Assembly (NCBI GenBank): GCA_038237845.1
Contig: JBBRYH010000003.1
Span: 80,483 to 144,482, forward strand
From: Bacteroidia bacterium
Lineage (GTDB): Bacteria > Bacteroidota > Bacteroidia > Palsa-965
Direction of reading: 5' to 3'
Length of the DNA stretch: 64,000 nucleotides
A model generated the notes under the pieces. The model did not search any database and had not been told where the DNA came from. It saw nothing but the letters and a program-made list of their open reading frames with translations. The translations under genes and the position numbers were made by a program. Positions 59,103-64,000 of this stretch are shown in pieces; the stretch's first letter is position 1, and the number at the start of each line of letters is the position of its first letter.

Positions 59103-59624
59103 TTATTTAATCGAATTCAGTTCTTTTAAAACCATTCTTCCACGCGCCAAAATACCCCCAGAGGCCTCTTTCATCTGTTCCTCAATCACAATTTTTAATT
59201 CGCGTTTCAGTTCAGGTTCCTTGTGGGTTATTTTCAATAACACTGTCATTGAAAATGCTTTAATAGCAATCGGATATTGACTTTTAATCAAAAAACCAAA
59301 ACATGCATTGACTACTTCACCCTGGTGTTTTTTAGGAACTTCTATAAATTGAAATAGTTTCAACATGTGTCGTTGAACGGCAGGATGTGTGTCTTTTCTT
59401 AATAGCAACTTGATGAATTTCGTCAAATAAGGTTTCGCGAGTTCAGGATATGCGATTGCTATATCTGCCACTGGCCAGGATGAAAGTTGCGAAAGTCGAT
59501 ATTCCCCAATGATTAAAATATTAACCAATTCAGCGAATCGTTTTTTATCCTGCCCAACCCAATTAATTATTTTATTGGCCTGAGATTTGGAGTGTTCTGC
59601 TAGAATTGTTTTTCGTAAATTCAT
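59103..59624 (-). CDS. hypothetical helical-repeat protein
   Basis: 173 aa with a predicted all-alpha, HEAT-like repeat character. No confident family assignment. Confidence 0.3.
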   Translation of the reverse strand: MNLRKTILAEHSKSQANKIINWVGQDKKRFAELVNILIIGEYRLSQLSSWPVADIAIAYPELAKPYLTKFIKLLLRKDTHPAVQRHMLKLFQFIEVPKKHQGEVVNACFGFLIKSQYPIAIKAFSMTVLLKITHKEPELKRELKIVIEEQMKEASGGILARGRMVLKELNSIK

Positions 59625-59664
59625 ATCCTGATTGCAGACTAAAGATATCTCTTAACAATCCATT

Positions 59665-60405
59665 TTGAAAAAAATAATATTACTTCTTCTCCTTTTTCCA
59701 TCGTTCTTAAGAGCGCAGAAATATCCTGCCTTTCCGAAACGTGTTGCACTTGCATTGCAACAGGCAAATAAACCTCTTCAAGACAGAACTGATTATGAAT
59801 ATTTTAATCAGCCCTTTGTTGCCAATTTTCATCCTATTGGTTGGTCAAAAGATGGCAAAGCAGCTTTTCTAGAATGGTCCGAAGGCGAAGGCTCTTGTTA
59901 CATGCGCGTAATTATTTATGATGCAATTAAAGACACTGTCGCTGGCTCTTGGTCTGAAGATTTCGGTGATGAAAACAAAATGACTATTGAACAAATTCAG
60001 GCATTATGGCCAAGAGATAAAGATTCCATTTTACCGCTATTATTAAAATTTCAGATTGTTGCCGATACACATCAACTGTATATGGATTTTCCTTTTGATT
60101 ATACTTCTGGAAAAACAAAGAAGGAATTTACGATGGAATATATGCATCATTCGTTACAAGGTGACAATCATTTTTCAGATAGCTTATTTTTGATGTGTGG
60201 AGTGCGTCAAAATAATAAGACAGATTCGTTGCGATTGAGACTTGGTGGATATAAAGCATTAGAACTTTTTCCTTCGGGAATGTGGATGAGTCCGGATAGA
60301 AAATACGGACTTATAATGGTGGTGAGTGTAAATGGAAAACAACACCGCGATGAACCTCCACACACAATTGAATTTCAGCCCAAGGCAATAAAATTGCCGG
60401 AATAA
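59665..60405 (+). CDS. hypothetical secreted protein
   Basis: 246 aa. Signal peptide MKKIILLLLLFPSFLRAQ. No recognisable domain. Confidence 0.4.
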   Translation: MKKIILLLLLFPSFLRAQKYPAFPKRVALALQQANKPLQDRTDYEYFNQPFVANFHPIGWSKDGKAAFLEWSEGEGSCYMRVIIYDAIKDTVAGSWSEDFGDENKMTIEQIQALWPRDKDSILPLLLKFQIVADTHQLYMDFPFDYTSGKTKKEFTMEYMHHSLQGDNHFSDSLFLMCGVRQNNKTDSLRLRLGGYKALELFPSGMWMSPDRKYGLIMVVSVNGKQHRDEPPHTIEFQPKAIKLPE

Positions 60406-60408
60406 AAA

Positions 60409-60882
60409 TTATTCTTTTACTGCGATTACACTTATTTCGATGTGAGCACCTTTTGGAAGTGCTGCAACCTGAACAGTTGATCGTGCTGGAAAATTTCCTT
60501 CAACAAAAAAACTTCCGTAAATTGAATTAATGGTTTTAAAATCATTAATGTTTGTAAGGTAAATTGTTGTCGTTGCAATATCCTTCAAGTTTAAATGGGC
60601 ACTTTCCAGAATCGCCTTAATGTTTTCCATTGCCCATTTGGTTTCAGCTGCAATATCTGAAGTGTCTAACAAGCCTGTTTTTAAATTAATTCCAACCTGG
60701 CCCGAAACAAAATAACAATTCCCTTTTCGGACCGCTTGTGAATACGGACCAATTGGATTGGGTGCATTTGTAGTAGAAATTATTTCCGGATTTATTTTTT
60801 GATCCTTTCCAGGACGAAAGTTCAAGTAAAGTAAAAATCCAATTGCAATGATTGCGAACGCGTAAAAAACGGTGTGCTTCAT
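60409..60882 (-). CDS. ridA: RidA (YjgF/TdcF) family enamine/imine deaminase with N-terminal membrane anchor
   Basis: 157 aa. N-terminal TM helix (VFYAFAIIAIGFLLYL), then the RidA fold with PIGPYSQAV, the GQ.G..L.TG. region and the C-terminal FPARSTVQVAALP...IEI. Confidence 0.8.
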   Translation of the reverse strand: MKHTVFYAFAIIAIGFLLYLNFRPGKDQKINPEIISTTNAPNPIGPYSQAVRKGNCYFVSGQVGINLKTGLLDTSDIAAETKWAMENIKAILESAHLNLKDIATTTIYLTNINDFKTINSIYGSFFVEGNFPARSTVQVAALPKGAHIEISVIAVKE

Positions 60883-60931
60883 AAGCTAAGCTAAGCAATA
60901 CTAAATTGTAATATTTAAAATAACGTATTGA

Positions 60932-62233
60932 CTATTTTGGTGCAGCTAATTCATTGATCATTTCTTTGATTGCAAGAACAAGCAAATCAAGATCTGCAAT
61001 ACTTGTATATACATTTGGTGCAATTCTAGCACCATGAATATTTTCCCAATTTATAGCAACACAATGAATGCGATATTTCTCCATTAATTTTGCTTCAATC
61101 TCTTCCGGTTTTAATCCTTCGATAGAAATATTAGCAATTGTTCCGCAGAAAGCAGGATTTTTTGGGGTATTAATTTTTACACCAGGAAGTTTTTCAACTT
61201 TTTCGGTCCAGTAATTTTTCAAATATCGAAGACGAGCTTCTTTTCTCTTAACGCCGATTAATAAATGAAAATCAATTGCAGAACTTATTGCCATCTCAGA
61301 AGCAAATGATCTGGTTCCTAATGATTCAAATTTTCGAATATCACCACTTTCAGGATCTGCGCTAGAGAGCAAAGGCAAAATCCCTTTTATTTTTTCTTTT
61401 TTGATCCAAAGCATTCCGCTTCCAAAAGGAGCACAAAGCCATTTATGCAAACTTGTTGCCCAATAGTCACAGCCTAAATCACCAATTTTATAATCAATCA
61501 AACCAAACGTGTGCGCCGAATCACAAATTACTTCAATGTTTTTTTTGTGTGCTTCATCTGCAATCATTTTTACAGGTAATACTTGACCTACCCAATTAAT
61601 CATGTGTGTTACATGAACCACTTTTGTTTTATCTGTAAATAAAGAAGTGTAAGCTTTTGTTAAGGCAACTGCATCTTCAGATGGCAATACGTGATTAATC
61701 CAAACCAGTTTGATTCCATCTCTTTTTTCCCTCTGCTTCCATGCATTCAACATGTTCGGATAATCCTGTTTGGAAACAATTACTTCATCTCCAGCTTTCA
61801 GATTTAATCCGAAAATAATTGTATTTAGTCCTTCTGTTGCATTACGATTTATAGCAACTTCATCAGGTGAAACTCCTGCAAGATCAGCAAGTCTCCGTCT
61901 TAACGGTTCACGCCCACGATCCAAATCACGCCACATATAAAAAGAAGGCGCTTCATTACAATATTGATAAAAACGAATATGCGTATCCTGAACAGGCTTT
62001 GGTTGTGGACTTACACCACCATTATTTAAATTGATCATGGTGGTATTTACAGTGTACTGTTCACGCACCCATGCCCAGAAATCATCATCAGAAGCGGTTA
62101 CTTCGGGAGGCAATAAATTAACACGTTCAAGTTGCTCTTTTCCCCTTGCGAAAATCGGATTGAATACTGCTGGGACAGCAAATGCACCTGCCGTAAAACC
62201 AAGTTGACGAAGAAAATTTCGACGATCTGACAT
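60932..62233 (-). CDS. class-V aminotransferase-fold PLP-dependent enzyme with twin-arginine (Tat) signal peptide
   Basis: 433 aa. Tat motif SDRRNFLRQLGFTAGAFAVPAVF. PLP-Lys motif ATSLHKWLCAPFGSGML, typical of class-V enzymes (cysteine desulfurase / C-S lyase / epimerase-like). Confidence 0.75.
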   Translation of the reverse strand: MSDRRNFLRQLGFTAGAFAVPAVFNPIFARGKEQLERVNLLPPEVTASDDDFWAWVREQYTVNTTMINLNNGGVSPQPKPVQDTHIRFYQYCNEAPSFYMWRDLDRGREPLRRRLADLAGVSPDEVAINRNATEGLNTIIFGLNLKAGDEVIVSKQDYPNMLNAWKQREKRDGIKLVWINHVLPSEDAVALTKAYTSLFTDKTKVVHVTHMINWVGQVLPVKMIADEAHKKNIEVICDSAHTFGLIDYKIGDLGCDYWATSLHKWLCAPFGSGMLWIKKEKIKGILPLLSSADPESGDIRKFESLGTRSFASEMAISSAIDFHLLIGVKRKEARLRYLKNYWTEKVEKLPGVKINTPKNPAFCGTIANISIEGLKPEEIEAKLMEKYRIHCVAINWENIHGARIAPNVYTSIADLDLLVLAIKEMINELAAPK

Positions 62234-62278
62234 TGGGAGATGTTTTTAAAAAATCAGATAAATAAAATAATACAACTA

Positions 62279-63124
62279 TTACTCAATGACTACTTTTCCT
62301 TTTCCAAGTAATTCGCCATCATTCGTAAGACTGTAAAAATAAACGCCACCAGAAAGTGTTGATGAATTGATAACTGCTTTATCACCTTCTACCATGTCAT
62401 TCATCACTTCGCGACCTGCCACATCAACTAAAACGAAATTTGTTTTATTGGTTTTGTTAGAAGCGTTAAACGAAACTGTAAAATTATCAATTGCAGGATT
62501 TGGAAAAAGCGAAACTTCTTCCATTGAAGCATGGTTAGCAATTGCAGTTGGAGATGTTGTCAAAAGATTAGTGTGCGTCCAATCATGAACACCGTCATTA
62601 CAAAGCCAAGAATAGGTACTGACATGCAATCCTTCACCAGGCCACGGATTCATATAGTTTACGTTATTCCCGGAGATTCCACTACCAACAATAAAATGAC
62701 CACCACCACTATACCAACCCCAACGAATAACATAAGGGCGATTACCAGCACACTCCGTTGTTATTTCAGTAGTTGTTAATGAAGCATATGTTCCATAATT
62801 CTGGATATTTGAAAAATGGATAAGAATATCCTGAATGCTTCCTGGATAACCAAAATTATAATTCCAATAATTACATCCCTGATTCGGATCAACACAACAA
62901 TTTACAGATCCGAAATTATTCCAAGTAATAACTGTTCTTGCATAATCATCAATATCACATTGCTGTTGATTATTTCCGTAGTAATCAAGAATACATTTGC
63001 TGACACCTGCCCAGCACCATTGATTTTGCTCTTGAACTACCAATCCGACATTTAGAATCTGCGCTTTAGTAATTCCAGAGAATACAAGCGAAAAAATAAG
63101 AGGTAAAAGTATTTTTCTTTTCAT
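62279..63124 (-). CDS. secreted peptidase-C39-like (papain-fold) domain protein with T9SS type-A C-terminal domain
   Basis: 281 aa. Signal peptide. The Q..WCWAGVSKCILDYYG (Cys) and GGGHFIVGSG (His) arrangement resembles C39-like cysteine peptidase domains. C-terminal Por_Secre_tail (...LSGGVYFYSLTNDGELLGKGKVVIE). Confidence 0.5.
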   Translation of the reverse strand: MKRKILLPLIFSLVFSGITKAQILNVGLVVQEQNQWCWAGVSKCILDYYGNNQQQCDIDDYARTVITWNNFGSVNCCVDPNQGCNYWNYNFGYPGSIQDILIHFSNIQNYGTYASLTTTEITTECAGNRPYVIRWGWYSGGGHFIVGSGISGNNVNYMNPWPGEGLHVSTYSWLCNDGVHDWTHTNLLTTSPTAIANHASMEEVSLFPNPAIDNFTVSFNASNKTNKTNFVLVDVAGREVMNDMVEGDKAVINSSTLSGGVYFYSLTNDGELLGKGKVVIE

Positions 63125-63130
63125 CGCAGA

Positions 63131-63757
63131 TTAGTTTTTAGAAGGTGACGCTAATTTTATTTTAACCTGTTCCAATACTTGTGCTTGGGTCATTACTTTA
63201 CCGTTCAATGAAGGCATTGAGGTCAGGGCAGAATTCATTGGATAATAATTTCCTTCGGCTAGTGTTTTTCCAGCTTCAACAAAAGCTACAAAATCACAAG
63301 CCAGCGGATAAATTCTAAGAATATATTTTTCATTCGCTGTTTGACCAAATGAATTGGATTGTAATTCTTTAGAAAGACCTACAGCTCCAATGTCAACAAC
63401 ATTCAAAGAGGAATCATTACCGAATACAGTTAGCAATAAACGATTTTCGTTATTGACAACAACAGGAACTCTCCATTCGTTTTGAAGAAGAATATAATCT
63501 TTCGCTCCAAGTTTCGCATCGTTATAAAACTCAGTTGTCAGGGAAATTGTTCTGTAAACTTCTCCGGTAGTTGCTGAAGAAAACTCGTCGCGACTTGCAA
63601 AGCCAAAACCTTCTTCATTGCCAACAGGAATTAATGCAAGAGATTTTTGTAGTTGCTCAATAGCAACATTTTTTACTTGCGCTGACGGAATATTCAAAGT
63701 TTTGAAACTTATACCCGAAATAGCAAGTAAGATTAGTAGTGTAGAGATTTTTCGCAT
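63131..63757 (-). CDS. hypothetical secreted protein
   Basis: 208 aa. Signal peptide MRKISTLLILLAISGISF. No recognisable domain. 6-nt gap to the C39-like gene downstream. Confidence 0.4.
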   Translation of the reverse strand: MRKISTLLILLAISGISFKTLNIPSAQVKNVAIEQLQKSLALIPVGNEEGFGFASRDEFSSATTGEVYRTISLTTEFYNDAKLGAKDYILLQNEWRVPVVVNNENRLLLTVFGNDSSLNVVDIGAVGLSKELQSNSFGQTANEKYILRIYPLACDFVAFVEAGKTLAEGNYYPMNSALTSMPSLNGKVMTQAQVLEQVKIKLASPSKN

Positions 63758-64000
63758 GTAGAAGATTTGAAAGGTGTGTATTGCTAGACCCTAAGTTAAT
63801 CGTTCTTCTGGGAAATTGAAACAATGTTGGAGGATAATTGCCTAAATGTTTAAAACAGGCAAATTATTGGTCATTTCGCCTATTAAATGGCGTTTCAAAA
63901 CAAAACAAAAGATCAAAATCAGTTCTTGATTAATTGTTCATGGAGTTTCAAAACCTGAGGAAGCAACAATTGAATCTCATCGTTTACTAAAGTGAAATCT

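Noticed and set aside
63758-64000. A possible gene or ncRNA at the right edge (imperfect hairpin ATAATTGCC...GGCAAATTAT at ~63830-63865)
   Set aside because: The region is truncated by the window end. No open frame or RNA family could be supported from 240 bp.

Overview
This is a 64-kb, AT-rich chromosomal segment from a Bacteroidota genome. Evidence for the phylum: lipoprotein and T9SS-type signal peptides, TAnnTTTG-like promoter boxes, almost no Shine-Dalgarno sites, and many Por/T9SS C-terminal sorting domains. I call about 50 protein genes, densely packed on both strands. I could not identify an rRNA, a canonical tRNA, a CRISPR array, a transposase/IS element, or a recognisable defence island. 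In order, the window contains: (1) the conserved block folP, tandem-DUF1599, DoxX, ABC permease, tpiA. (2) A MORN-repeat protein, an S13 D-Ala-D-Ala peptidase and a pterin dehydratase. (3) A compact carotenoid (zeaxanthin-type) operon: crtI, crtB, idi, crtZ and a lycopene-cyclase-domain gene. (4) A PorQ-like outer-membrane protein, an orphan SUKH (SMI1/KNR4) immunity gene, lon, a left-handed-beta-helix nucleotidyltransferase-like gene and rpmE. (5) A T9SS cargo neighbourhood: two SprB-repeat type-A CTD proteins, and a type-B CTD protein with its adjacent PorP/SprF gene. (6) A LuxC-like acyl-CoA reductase divergent from a 2x[4Fe-4S] ferredoxin. (7) The serC, serA, DUF1015, yggS operon. (8) A 2461-aa T9SS type-A adhesin. 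(9) An LptF/G permease, two GT4 glycosyltransferases and a phosphodiester-glycosidase-like lipoprotein, joined by overlapping non-ATG starts. (10) Two tandem giant type-B CTD adhesin paralogs whose 3' ~1.7 kb are near-identical, with their terminators also conserved. (11) A phosphoribosyltransferase, a double-DTG aspartic protease, an LLM oxidoreductase, and a PHB-depolymerase-family esterase interrupted by an in-frame TAG upstream of its catalytic His. (12) An exported cluster: a membrane-anchored RidA, a Tat-signal class-V PLP enzyme and a T9SS-secreted C39-like peptidase. The observations I consider most worth following up are the extracytoplasmic PLP-enzyme/RidA/C39 module, the concerted-evolution adhesin pair, the interrupted esterase, and a tRNA-like T-arm/acceptor remnant upstream of crtI.
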